In this document: piece by piece, positions 20,133-30,393 of the stretch
How the letters are laid out: every line of letters begins with the position of its first letter
How positions within the stretch are numbered: the stretch's first letter is position 1
The notes under the pieces: generated by a model
Database searches by the model: none
The model's input: only the letters and a program-made list of their open reading frames with translations
What the model was told of the DNA's origin: nothing
Assembly (NCBI GenBank): GCA_965205865.1
Contig: CBDBHR010000026.1
Span: 64,001-128,000, forward strand
Direction of reading: 5' to 3'
DNA length: 64,000 nt
Source of the DNA: a bacterium
Lineage (GTDB): Bacteria; SAR324; NAC60-12
Position numbers and translations under genes: made by a program

Positions 20133-21490
20133 AGACCCTAGCCGAAAAGGGTTTCGAAAATAGTAAATGTAACCAATTTGATTCTATTTGATTCTCTATT
20201 TGATTCAATATGACGAGAAAACGATTTATTTTTGTTTTTTATTCGCCCACGGCACAGTTTTTATAGGGAAAAAATCTTTTTTGGACATACTTTCCTCGCC
20301 CCTGCTCATATTTCACACTCCCCCATTGAATATTCAGGCCGCTTGTTTGAGTTGTCTTTTTTTCAACTCAATCATTTTGCAAAAATTATAGGTTAATGCT
20401 TTTTCCAGCAACTCTGCCCGAACGTTTTCAATCCCTCTGCGCATAACTTGTCCGAAATGGAAACGATGCTTAAGATGAAACATCAACGACTCTGCAGCAG
20501 ATCTTCCATTTCGTGATTCCAAATAGATTTCACTTTCCCATTCTTCAATCGGGGTCATCTTTTTTCTCTTTACCCCACTAATACTAAAAACCTTAACGCC
20601 TTTGCCCATCCACTTTTCTCTGATCGCCTGATTGGCATATCCATCATCAAGGCTCACTTCAGAGGGAATGGTGATGGTGCATCGCAAATGTTCAACAAGG
20701 GCAGGGTCGAGTTGCCCTGAATCAGCAGCATTGCCCTCCGGAGTAATTAACACGGAAATAAAACCATTTCCGCTCCTTCCTAATTGAGGCTTATATCCGA
20801 TAAGCGCTTCTCGATCTCCCTTTTGAATATAAGCCGAGCTCTGATCGGAAAGACTCAATACTTTCTCAGTGGAAGGAACCTTCTTTTCTTCAAAAACTCT
20901 TTGATGACAGTAGATGATTACCCGTTGCAAATTAGAAATATCTTCATTCATCATTTCAATGAGGCGAATCAAACGCGTTTTCCGAGAAGGGGGGAGAAGA
21001 GCTTTTTGGGCACGGATATCCACCTTTGCCATTTCTTTTAAAAATTTCCCATGAACGCTTTGAGCTTTCTTCAATAGGGTTTTGTAATGTTTTTTTCGCT
21101 TCGTTTTACTGTCCTTTTTACCTGTCTCAAAAGCAATCATCTTAGAGAGCTTATTCATCTCCTTGATATGGATTCCGGGCTTCCTGCCATCGTTTATCCT
21201 CTAAACGCTCTTTCTTTTTATTTCTTGCGTATTTCTCCAAATCCTGTTCAATTTTGTCCAATATCTCCGGCTCTCGCTCAGACAATTGATCAAGTTCTGA
21301 TAAGAAATTTTCAAATTCTGTATCAGGAGCGCTTAAAATAAGATGTTTTTCTGCTCGAATGAATGGTTTCATTTTGGGTGCCATAATTCTTAATATTGAA
21401 GTTATTCACAGTTATTTCAATGAATTATGGCACTTTTTAACCTCAAGTTTAAAGATATAATTCTAAAAAATACCTTTTCGGCTAGGATCT
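20133..21490 (-). mobile_element. Internally deleted insertion sequence (ISNCY/IS5-like)
   Basis: TIRs AGACCCTAGCCGAAAAGG / revcomp AGATCCTAGCCGAAAAGG, flanked by AGCT on both sides. Confidence 0.85.
20334..21384 (-). pseudogene. DDE transposase remnant in two frames (21151-21384, 20334-21158)
   Basis: EKVLSLSD..AYIQKG.RE..IGYKPQL, GNAADS, SLDDGY, RSAAESL. Confidence 0.8.
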
Positions 21491-21496
21491 AGCTCT

Positions 21497-22024
21497 ATGG
21501 CAGCTGATGGGACGCTACGGGTGTACCGTAACAAGGAACAGGAGCTTCCTGATACTTGGATCATTGATAAGCATGGGGTCCCCAGTCGGAACCCGAACGA
21601 TTTCTTCGATGGTGGGGCACACTTACCCGTCGGCGGGATGCAAGGGGGCCACAAGGGATATGCGCTCTCGGTCATGGTCGCGCTTTTCGGGGCACTTCTT
21701 GGCCAGATCGCTTTGCCTCCAAGAAAGATGGATCTGTGGGCAGGATCCACGATACTCATCATCGACCTGGGTCGCATGGCGCCCCTGGAAACCATCCGGG
21801 CCGAGGTCCAACATATGATGAAATACCTTCAAGACACTCCCCCGATGGAAGGATCGAGCGGGGTTTTCTTTCCGGGAGAAAGATCCGCCAATACGCGCCA
21901 AGAGCGATTGGCCCAGGGCATCCCGGTGGATCCCACCACTTGGGCTCAGGTAGAAGCCCTCTTCGACCAATACGGGGTCCGTGACCAATTGGCGGATGTC
22001 CTTCTCTCCGAAGGAAATCCCTAG
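21497..22024 (+). pseudogene. Ldh_2-family (malate/L-sulfolactate/ureidoglycolate-type) dehydrogenase, 5'-truncated
   Basis: WIIDKHG.PS.NP, LPVGG..GGHKGYAL, VFFPGE; N-terminal half missing next to the IS end. Confidence 0.82.
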
Positions 22025-22044
22025 AATAGAAATAAGGAACTGTT

Positions 22045-23121
22045 ATGACATCAGCACAGAAACCATTGCGTTACATCCAGATTGGCGTAGGAGGACACGG
22101 ACAACATTGGTGTACAACCGTGATGCATCACTTGAAAAAACTTGGTCTTGCGATCCCTGTTGCAGCAGTCGACATCAATCCGGATGTGCTTGGTCAGGCG
22201 AAGCAACAGTTGAATCTTGACGACGCACAGCTCTATACCAAGGCGGAACAGGCACTGGCAGAACAAGATGCGGATTTTATCACCATCGTTGTTCCTCCGG
22301 CTGCTCATGAAGAAATGGTGGATTTGGCCATTCGATATGATGTCCACATCCTCTGTGAGAAACCGATTGCCGATACGATGGAGGCCAGTTGTCGAATCTA
22401 TCAAAAAGTCAAGGGGGCGGGGCTCAAGATGGCGGTGACGATGAGCCACCGCTTCGATCAAGACAAACAAACTCTGCAACGCCAAATTCATTCGGGCAAC
22501 TATGGTCGTTTGGACTATCTGGTGGGACGTAACACATGGACCTGTCGCAAACGCGGACAATGGGGATTGGAGTACCCCTATGACATTGCGGATCCCCTGC
22601 TGATTGAAGAATTGGTTCATCACTTCGATATCATGCGTTCGCTCTCGAGAGCCAATGCTGAATCCGTGCATTGTGTCACATGGAACCCTGAATGGAGTGA
22701 GTTCCAGGGAGATCCTCAAGCTGTGATGCTGGTGGAGATGGACAATGGCGTCAAAGTGGTTTACGAAGGTGCCAAAACCAATGCTTCACAACTGAATGGT
22801 GGGCTCCAGGATTATTGGCGTGCGGAATGCGAATTGGCGACCCTTGAACTCGATAAACGGCAACTGCGAATTCACGCACAACTTGAGGAAGCTTTCGAAA
22901 AGGAGATTCCTCTTCTCGAACAGGAAGCCTGGACGAATTCCTGGTTGGCAGAACTTTTCTGTCAGTGGTTGCTAGGGGGAGCCGAACCTCCAAACAGCCT
23001 TGAAGACAATATCCAGTGCGCCGCTCTCCTGTTTGCTGCCCTTGAGTCAGCGCATTCGAAAAAAATTGTCGAAGTCCAGCCATTCCTACAAAAATACTTG
23101 AATCAGGTTGGCCAAATTTAA
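22045..23121 (+). CDS. Gfo/Idh/MocA-family oxidoreductase
   Basis: IGVGGHG, HILCEKPIA, HHFD. Confidence 0.9.
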   Translation: MTSAQKPLRYIQIGVGGHGQHWCTTVMHHLKKLGLAIPVAAVDINPDVLGQAKQQLNLDDAQLYTKAEQALAEQDADFITIVVPPAAHEEMVDLAIRYDVHILCEKPIADTMEASCRIYQKVKGAGLKMAVTMSHRFDQDKQTLQRQIHSGNYGRLDYLVGRNTWTCRKRGQWGLEYPYDIADPLLIEELVHHFDIMRSLSRANAESVHCVTWNPEWSEFQGDPQAVMLVEMDNGVKVVYEGAKTNASQLNGGLQDYWRAECELATLELDKRQLRIHAQLEEAFEKEIPLLEQEAWTNSWLAELFCQWLLGGAEPPNSLEDNIQCAALLFAALESAHSKKIVEVQPFLQKYLNQVGQI

Positions 23122-23251
23122 AATAGAACAAGTCATTTGAGCTGATCGTTCAAAGCTTCTTCAGGGGTATCGCCAAAAACGGTTTTGGTATATAAACGGA
23201 TCTGTCGCTCAAGGATAAAAATTAACAACATTTTAACTTTTAAAAAACATT

Positions 23252-24691
23252 ATGGAAAAGATTCTGGATGTTAAGGAATTTAAAGAGCTTCATTTTAAGT
23301 CATTGCGGGAGGTAGCCGCCCTCCTCCAAAACCGGGACATTTCTTCCATCGAACTGACCCAAGCTCTCCTGAAGCGCATTGCATCCCTGGATGGGAGGCT
23401 GAAAAGTTATGCCACGGTGATGGCCGACCGGGCCCTGGCTGCCGCGGAGCAGGCAGATCAGGAGCTGGCGGAGAGGAAGTATCGGAGTCCTTTACATGGG
23501 ATCCCTATCGCGGTGAAAGATCTGTGTTTCACCAAGGGGATCCGAACAATGGGGGGAGCAGCGGTACTGGCCGATCATATTCCCAATGAGGATGCGACTG
23601 TCGTGACACGGCTGGCAGAAGCCGGGGCTGTTTTGCTGGGCAAGCTCAATCTGACGGAAGGAGCCATGGGGGGATATAATCCTCACTTTGAGACTCCCTT
23701 GAATCCCTGGAATCCGGGCGTGTGGTCGGGGGATTCCTCCAGCGGATCAGGGGTTGCTACTGCGGCAGGACTGGCCTATGGGACCCTGGGAAGTGACACA
23801 GGCGGGTCCATCCGCTTCCCGGCTGCCGCCTGTGGGGTGGTGGGCTTGAAGCCAACCTGGGGCAGAGTCAGCCGCTATGGCGTTCTGGCCCTCGCCGAGT
23901 CAATGGACCATGTCGGTCCACTGACCCGCAGTTCTGCCGATGCGGCAGTGATGCTCCAGGCCATTGCCGGTCATGACCCCAAGGATCCTACCTCGCTTTC
24001 TCTCCCGTTTCCGGACATGGTGAAACACCTGAATGCCGGGGTGAAAGGGGTCCGGATCGGGTTCGATGAACAAGGGCTGGGGCAACACGCCGATACGGAG
24101 TTGGCCGAAGCAGTCGCTTCCGGGGTGCGGGTCTTAGAGCAGCTTGGTGCCGAAGTGATCGAAATTCAGTTCCCCGATGTGGACGAATTTTTACCCGCCT
24201 GGCCCACTCTCTGCTCTGCCGAAGCGGTATTAGCCCATGAAGCGACCTATCCCTCTCGTCGTGAGGAGTATGGGCCCTGGTTTCGTGGCTGGCTGGACAT
24301 GGGAGCCAAGGTCAGTGGCGCCGAGTACGCCAGGGCCAATAATCTGCGAGCTGCCTGCAATGGGCGGTTTCGAGAAATCTTTGAGACCATTGATGTGTTG
24401 GCTTGCCCCTCGATGCCGGGTCCTCCCTTTCCAATGACCCCTGAACAGTTATATGGCCCCATGGATAAATATGACCCTTCCTACCCTTCCTGGCAAAGAT
24501 TCACCATCCCTTTTGATTTCAATGGCACTCCGACACTCTCGGTTCCGTGTGGGTTCAATCAGGACGGCATACCCCTGTCCCTCCAGTTCGTCGGACACCC
24601 GCTCAGGGAACCTCTCCTTTGCCAGGTCGGCCATGCCTACGAGGAGGCGACGGAATGGCATACCCTGCAACCGAATTTAGAAGAGGGATAG
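23252..24691 (+). CDS. Amidase signature family enzyme
   Basis: GIPIAVKD, SGDSSSGSG, GSDTGGSIRFPAA.CG..GLKPT. Confidence 0.93.
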   Translation: MEKILDVKEFKELHFKSLREVAALLQNRDISSIELTQALLKRIASLDGRLKSYATVMADRALAAAEQADQELAERKYRSPLHGIPIAVKDLCFTKGIRTMGGAAVLADHIPNEDATVVTRLAEAGAVLLGKLNLTEGAMGGYNPHFETPLNPWNPGVWSGDSSSGSGVATAAGLAYGTLGSDTGGSIRFPAAACGVVGLKPTWGRVSRYGVLALAESMDHVGPLTRSSADAAVMLQAIAGHDPKDPTSLSLPFPDMVKHLNAGVKGVRIGFDEQGLGQHADTELAEAVASGVRVLEQLGAEVIEIQFPDVDEFLPAWPTLCSAEAVLAHEATYPSRREEYGPWFRGWLDMGAKVSGAEYARANNLRAACNGRFREIFETIDVLACPSMPGPPFPMTPEQLYGPMDKYDPSYPSWQRFTIPFDFNGTPTLSVPCGFNQDGIPLSLQFVGHPLREPLLCQVGHAYEEATEWHTLQPNLEEG

Positions 24692-24746
24692 TCAAAAGGA
24701 CGATTCTATCCATGCATAACCTACATCTAGATACAGGAGAAATGAA

Positions 24747-25625
24747 ATGGACGTCTCCCCACTGACGACCTTTCTCGGCGCCGAAATCGCCGGAGTGGAT
24801 CCGCGTCATCTGAATGCCGGTCTGATTCAGGAGATCGAGAACGTTCTGCATCAATACTCGGCGGTTTTCTTTCGCGACCAGCCAGAACTTTCCCCAGCGG
24901 AGCTCACGGATCTAGCCAGCGCATTCGGGCCTGTTTTTTCCCCCCACCCATCCGCCAGAGCCCTCGGCGTCCAAAGCAGCGGAAATAACCCCCGAGGATC
25001 AGACTTTCCCGGCATCATAAAGCTTGAAGCGGGCCCCGATACCAAAAACCCACAGGAAGGTAAATGGCACTCGGACACTACCTGCGACAAGGAACCTCCT
25101 ATACTCTCAATAATTCAGATGCACGAGGTTCCACCAGTCGGAGGGGATACCGTTTTCTCCAGCATGTATGCAGCGTACGAAGCGTTGTCACCACGTATGA
25201 AGCAGATGCTCGATGGTTTGACGGCACGACACGATGGAGCAAGGACTTACCTTTTACTGCGCGGAAATAGTGATGTACCCGCATACCGGGACGGCCATCC
25301 CGAAGCCGTTCACCCCGTCGTGATACGTCATCATGGAAGTGGCAGACCTGCGCTTTTTGTCAATCGAGAGTTAACGGCCGAACTCAACGACTTGCCGCAG
25401 GGAGAAGGTGAAGCGCTGCTCAAGTTCCTGTTTGATCATACCGAAAAGGCTAATTTTCAGTGCCGATTTCGCTGGTCACCTAACGCGGTCGCGATCTGGG
25501 ACAATCACGGTATCCTGCATAAACCGACGTTTGATTACTGGCCACAGGTTCGCACGGGGCGTCTCGCCGGAGTTTGTGGTCCAGTTCCCAAGATGTGGCG
25601 GTTGGCAGAAGCGCCTCCACTTTAA
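24747..25625 (+). CDS. TauD/TfdA-family dioxygenase
   Basis: WHSD, GGDT.F, HPVV..H, IWDN...LH. Confidence 0.92.
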   Translation: MDVSPLTTFLGAEIAGVDPRHLNAGLIQEIENVLHQYSAVFFRDQPELSPAELTDLASAFGPVFSPHPSARALGVQSSGNNPRGSDFPGIIKLEAGPDTKNPQEGKWHSDTTCDKEPPILSIIQMHEVPPVGGDTVFSSMYAAYEALSPRMKQMLDGLTARHDGARTYLLLRGNSDVPAYRDGHPEAVHPVVIRHHGSGRPALFVNRELTAELNDLPQGEGEALLKFLFDHTEKANFQCRFRWSPNAVAIWDNHGILHKPTFDYWPQVRTGRLAGVCGPVPKMWRLAEAPPL

Positions 25626-25690
25626 ATTTAAGTGAACATTTGACCCTATAAAAGGGGAGTCTCAACACATATTATGACAGGAGGTAAAAA

Positions 25691-26470
25691 ATGGGTAAAT
25701 CTGATTTTTCGTTAGCAAATCAAGTGGCTATTGTTACCGGAGGTGGCACGGGAATAGGGCGGGCTATTGCTTTGGAATTTGCCGAGTTCGGAGCTGATGT
25801 GGTTATTGCCAGCCGGAGACTGGATGTCCTGGAGAAGGCAGCCGAGGAAATTAGAGCTCTGGGTAGACGTTCCTTGGCTGTCAAAGCTGACATCTCTAAA
25901 AAGACGGATAACGATCACCTTGTTCAAAAGGTAATGGAGGAATTTGGTCGTATTGATATTCTGGTGAACAATGGGGGAGTTGGTTCAAAAGTACCCGATA
26001 AACTCGTGCCCCTCATTGAAGTGGATGAAGACGAGTGGGACTTGATTATGGATACTAATCTCAAAGGCACTTACTTTTGTTGCCAAGCCGTGGGTCAGAG
26101 GATGATCGAACAGAGAAAAGGGAACATTATCAACATAACCTCAGGTGACGGAAAACGAGTGTCTGGTGGGCTAGGGACAACCTACAATGTTGCCAAAGCA
26201 GGTGCCATCATGCTGACCCAGTGCCTGGCTTGGGATTTCGGTAAACACAATATACGGATTAACTCGATTGCACCGGGGTATACCAAGACCGAGAGGGGTC
26301 GATACTTATGGAGTGATCCTGAGATCTTGAAGATGCTTGAGAGCAGAAGGCCGTTGGGGCGAATAGGTGAGCCGGAGGAAATTGCCAGTGCCGCGTTATT
26401 TCTGGCTTCTGATGCCTCCAGCTATATGACAGGACAGACAATAAACGTTTGTGGTGGCGTGCACAACTAG
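25691..26470 (+). CDS. Short-chain dehydrogenase/reductase
   Basis: TGGGTGIG, LVNNGG, YNVAK, IRINSIAPG. Confidence 0.93.
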   Translation: MGKSDFSLANQVAIVTGGGTGIGRAIALEFAEFGADVVIASRRLDVLEKAAEEIRALGRRSLAVKADISKKTDNDHLVQKVMEEFGRIDILVNNGGVGSKVPDKLVPLIEVDEDEWDLIMDTNLKGTYFCCQAVGQRMIEQRKGNIINITSGDGKRVSGGLGTTYNVAKAGAIMLTQCLAWDFGKHNIRINSIAPGYTKTERGRYLWSDPEILKMLESRRPLGRIGEPEEIASAALFLASDASSYMTGQTINVCGGVHN

Positions 26471-26554
26471 ATTTATTCGTGGTCTTGGTTGGAAGAAATT
26501 CATTATCAGTCGCGCTCACTGCAAAATTCTCAATAATTGAAATTCGGTTGAAGT

Positions 26555-26603
26555 GCTGACGTAATTTGACGACGAGAACCGCCCAATCGAAAACGCGCTG
26601 GAT
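26555..26603 (+). repeat. 49-bp direct repeat, copy 1 (copy 2 at 28714-28762)
   Basis: GCTGACGTAATTTGACGACGAGAACCGCCCAATCGAAAACGCGCTGGAT; 45/49 identical to copy 2. Confidence 0.9.
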
Positions 26604-26614
26604 AGGTGAAAGAC

Positions 26615-26764
26615 ATGAGAAAGAAAGTTGTTCGGTATGGTCTTATTTCGACTTCACAGATTGGCATGAAGGTCCACCTTCCTGCCTCGCTCGAATCGAA
26701 AAACTCAGAAATTGTTTCAATCTCATCACGAACGGCTTCCAAAGATCTTGAAAAGGTAGCATGA
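26615..26764 (+). pseudogene. N-terminal remnant of a Gfo/Idh/MocA oxidoreductase
   Basis: MRKKVVRYGLISTSQIGMKVHLPASLESKNSEIVSISSRT; stops after 49 aa. Confidence 0.65.
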
Positions 26765-26784
26765 AATCAAAATCACGAACACCT

Positions 26785-27567
26785 ATGGGAGGCTGACTGG
26801 ATGGCAAGGTCGCGATCATCACGGGCGCAGCTGGCGGCATCGGATCGCGGCTGACGAGGGCTTTCCTGAACGAAGGTGCGAAGGTCGCGGCCGTCGACGT
26901 CAGCGAGGCGGCGCTCGCGAGGTTCGGCGCCGTGCACGCGCTCGTGAACAACGCGGGCGTCAGCATGAATTTCGTGCGCTCGGACTACCTGACGCAACCT
27001 GTCAGGACCGACGAGCTGAGTCCGCAAGTTTGGGATCGGATCGTGGGCGTCAACCTCTCCGGTGCGTGGTACCTGAGCTACGACGTGCTGCCACACATGG
27101 TCGATCAGGACTACGGCCGAATCATCAACGTAACGACGAGCTTCAACGGGATGCTGTTTGTCGGTGGGCAACCCTTCGGGGCTTCCAAGGCCGGTATGGA
27201 GGCGATGTCCGTGAGCCACGCTGGCGAGTTCCGCGGCACCGGCGTCACCATGAACGTGGTCGTGCCGGGCGGGGGGGCGGACACGCCGATGATACCGAAA
27301 GAGGCGCCGTATGCGCGCAGTGACCTGATCGATCCCGAGTGCATGGCGCCACCGATGATCTGGTTCGACGCCGAGGCAGGCGACGACGTGACCGGCCGGC
27401 GTTACATCGCTGCAAACTGGGATCCCGATATCGACTTCGACGCGGCCTCGGCAGCCTGCTCGCGTCCCGCCGCGTGGCCCGATCTCACGCACGATCACAT
27501 CGCGTCCGGGTCACGGAAACGCCAGGCGATCATCCAGACCGCCTTAGCATTCATAACCTTCACTTAA
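26785..27567 (+). pseudogene. High-GC SDR with an early TGA and an apparent internal deletion
   Basis: MGG*LDGKVAIITGAAGGIG..VDVSEAALARFGAVHALVNNAG (segment between EAAL and FG missing); catalytic Y replaced (FGASK). Confidence 0.8.
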
Positions 27568-27619
27568 CCATATGAACCTGAATATAACTTTCATTTCAAC
27601 TATGTGCTCAAGCGGTGAC

Positions 27620-28608
27620 AGCGCCCCGACCCACATCCGTTTCCACGTGCAGCCCCTGTCCGGTACGACCTTCGGCGGATTTGTCGACATTTCCGATGCC
27701 GCCGAGGCGGAGCCGGATACGCTGCCCCGCGCGCTCTACGAGTCCAAAGGATTTCTGCTGCTGCGCGGCATGAAGGCGTTTTCGGACGATCCGGCGCTGC
27801 TCGTGCGGTTGAGCCGGCTGTTCGGCCCGGAGGTGGAAAACTACACCGAGACCCTGACGGAGCAGCCCTGGTGCACCCGCAGGTGCAGGAAATCGTCATC
27901 GTTTCAAATGTTCCGCCGGTCAGCCGGATGCTGCCGACGCGGCCCGATCCACCGCTTACCGAAGACGGCGAGCTGCCGACGCGCTTCCCGCACCGGCGCG
28001 GCTGGCACACCGACCAGAGCTTCCGCCGCCCGCCGCCGGACATCTCGCTGTTCTACGCGGTGAAGGCCGCGCCGAAGGGCAAGGGGCAAACGCTCATTGT
28101 CAACGGGATCTTGGCCTACGAGGCGCTGCCGCCGGACCTCAAGGCGCGGGTCGACGGGCTCAAGGGCATTCACGCCAGTTCGGCGAACCTGCGGACCGAA
28201 GATGCGGTGCGCGACGGCAAAACGCCGCGGACACTGCAGCCGCACGAGTTGCCGCTACGCCAGCCGGTCGTGCGCACGCATCCCGTGACCGGCGAGAAAG
28301 CCTTGTACCTGTGCGAGCCCGGTCAGATGGACTGGCTCGAAGGGCCGTTCGTCGGCATGGAGCCCGGCCCGGACGGCGAGGGCGGCAAGCTGTTGTACGA
28401 ACTTATGCGGCGCTACACGCAGCCGGAGTTCGTCTACGTGCACAACTGGGAGAACGACAACCTCGTGATCTGGGACAACCGCTGCCTGGTTCACGCGGCA
28501 ACGTGGTTCGACGCCGACAAGCATGAGCGGGTGATGTGGCGCACCACGGTGCACGGCAATCCCGGCGAGGAATACCTAGGCGAAAAGAAGAGCTGGATCG
28601 CGGCGTGA
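27620..28608 (+). pseudogene. High-GC TauD-family dioxygenase, frameshifted near 27865, native start lost
   Basis: LSRLFGPEVENY in one frame; GWHTDQSF, PVVRTHP.TG, IWDNRCLVH in another. Confidence 0.8.
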
Positions 28609-28713
28609 GGGCCGCCGTCGTTTCAGCCGCCGTGTGAATTACACGCTCGGTATTGCTGATCAGAAACGTCTTCAGGTTGTCACAGCGCAGGTGACGCCAG
28701 GGAGTTTTTGAGA

Positions 28714-28762
28714 GCTGACGTAATTTGACAATGAGAACCGGCCAATTGAAAACGCGCTGGAT
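28714..28762 (+). repeat. 49-bp direct repeat, copy 2
   Basis: GCTGACGTAATTTGACAATGAGAACCGGCCAATTGAAAACGCGCTGGAT. Confidence 0.9.
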
Positions 28763-28861
28763 TCCAGTCGATTACGTGAATTTACGAGAAACGGGGCGTC
28801 GAATGACAGAGCCACTGCCTGTCGCCTCTCTCAATACATAACCTTAAAATAGGAGTCAAAC

Positions 28862-29311
28862 ATGACTGAACAACGTATCACAGGATGGAACAAGCAGACA
28901 CCAGCATTCACGGTACAAACTGCCGAAGGCCGTCACCCTGGTCAGAAGGTTCAGGAATTTGGATCGGGTTTCCGGGGGAACGTGCTATATGCCGACCTTG
29001 GCCTCGCAGAAGCGACAGGCGGCCAATTCCGCGTGCACCTTGAAAAATGGAACCCGGAATTACGCAAAAAAAACAAGGAGGCTGGTGTTAAACAGACGTC
29101 CGGTATGCACCATCATGAATATAACTTTCATTTCAACTATGTGCTCAAGGGGTGGACCAGTTTCGAGATTGAAGGGGTGGAAGGGAGATTGACCTTCAGA
29201 GCGGGCGATAGTTTCTTTCTACCGCACGGGATTCTTCATAACGAAACTGGTGCCTCTGACGACGTCGAGATCTTGAAAGTCTTCGGACCCGGCAATGTCG
29301 CAACAGAGTAA
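28862..29311 (+). CDS. Cupin domain protein
   Basis: HHHEYNFHFNYVLKGW, AGDSFFLPHGILHNE; RBS AGGAG. Confidence 0.85.
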   Translation: MTEQRITGWNKQTPAFTVQTAEGRHPGQKVQEFGSGFRGNVLYADLGLAEATGGQFRVHLEKWNPELRKKNKEAGVKQTSGMHHHEYNFHFNYVLKGWTSFEIEGVEGRLTFRAGDSFFLPHGILHNETGASDDVEILKVFGPGNVATE

Positions 29312-29366
29312 TTGCAGGAGTCAGTATGAAGCCAAACGTGACAAACTCTCAAAGTAGAAACACATC

Positions 29367-30110
29367 ATGAAATTCAGAGCCAATAAGATTATTGAGAAAA
29401 ACAAGCAGGGCAAAAAGGGTATCGGCCTGAGTCTGCTTTATCCGAGTGCCGAGGCCATCGAGATCATCGGCATGCTCGGGGGTTTTGATTTTATTCAACT
29501 CGACGGTGAACACGGCTTGTTCACGCCGGAGTCGATTGATGACATGTGCCGAGTCGCTGACGGCTTTGGTCTCAATGTCATCGCGCGGGTGCCAAATATT
29601 AGTGCCTCCACTATCGATTCGTATCTTGATCGTGGCATCACGGGCATTTGGGGACCGCACATCGAAACTGTAGAACAGGCGCAGCAGTTCGCTGACGCGA
29701 GCTTATTTGCACCGGACGGTCAACGCAGCTGGGGCGGTGGGCGCGGCAATTATTACAACAATTCCGCGTTGATCGACATTCCGGGGAGCGAACGCACCGA
29801 GTACATGCAGCAGACCAACGCCAATATGCCGGTGGTGTGTCAGCTCGAAAGTGCCCGGGCATTTGAGAACCTGGACGCCATTCTTGAGGTTAAAGGATTT
29901 GATGGCTATATCTTTGGACCAAACGACTTGGCGTCTTCCATGGGTCTTCCGGGGCAGCCGAGTCACCCCGATGTGGTCGCCGCAGAGCGCCAGATGGCGA
30001 ATCGAATCCACGCCGCCGCCGGTAAGCTGTACAGTGACCTCATGGTGGTTATCGAATTGCGACACCTGATCGTGGATGGGGCGCAACAATTCCTTGCTGA
30101 CAACAACTAA
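29367..30110 (+). CDS. HpcH/HpaI aldolase family protein
   Basis: DFIQLDGEHG, ARVP, QLES..A.ENLDAI, FGPNDLA.SMG. Confidence 0.9.
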   Translation: MKFRANKIIEKNKQGKKGIGLSLLYPSAEAIEIIGMLGGFDFIQLDGEHGLFTPESIDDMCRVADGFGLNVIARVPNISASTIDSYLDRGITGIWGPHIETVEQAQQFADASLFAPDGQRSWGGGRGNYYNNSALIDIPGSERTEYMQQTNANMPVVCQLESARAFENLDAILEVKGFDGYIFGPNDLASSMGLPGQPSHPDVVAAERQMANRIHAAAGKLYSDLMVVIELRHLIVDGAQQFLADNN

Positions 30111-30393
30111 CAAAGAGAGAAACGCGATGGTGACCTTCCCACCTCTGTCTCCCCTTGCTCCGGAAAGCCGAAAAGGACTTCTGGAACTGGCCCGAGTTCA
30201 CGATCCTATTGTCCTCAGCTGGGGGAAATAAGAACCGAAACTTCCTTCAAATTTCCAGGAACAGAAGGGCAATGGGGAATTTGGAACATCATCGACGCCT
30301 TAGTTCGTCCTTATTTTCGTTCAATTTTTTATAATAAGAGATTGATTTTGTGGAAGAAATCAAGCTCGAATCGTCAATCCGAAAGAGAAAGGG

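Noticed and set aside
26794-26796. TGA at codon 4 of the SDR as selenocysteine
   Set aside because: Fits a CGA-to-TGA nonsense change in a gene that also has an internal deletion and has lost its catalytic Tyr
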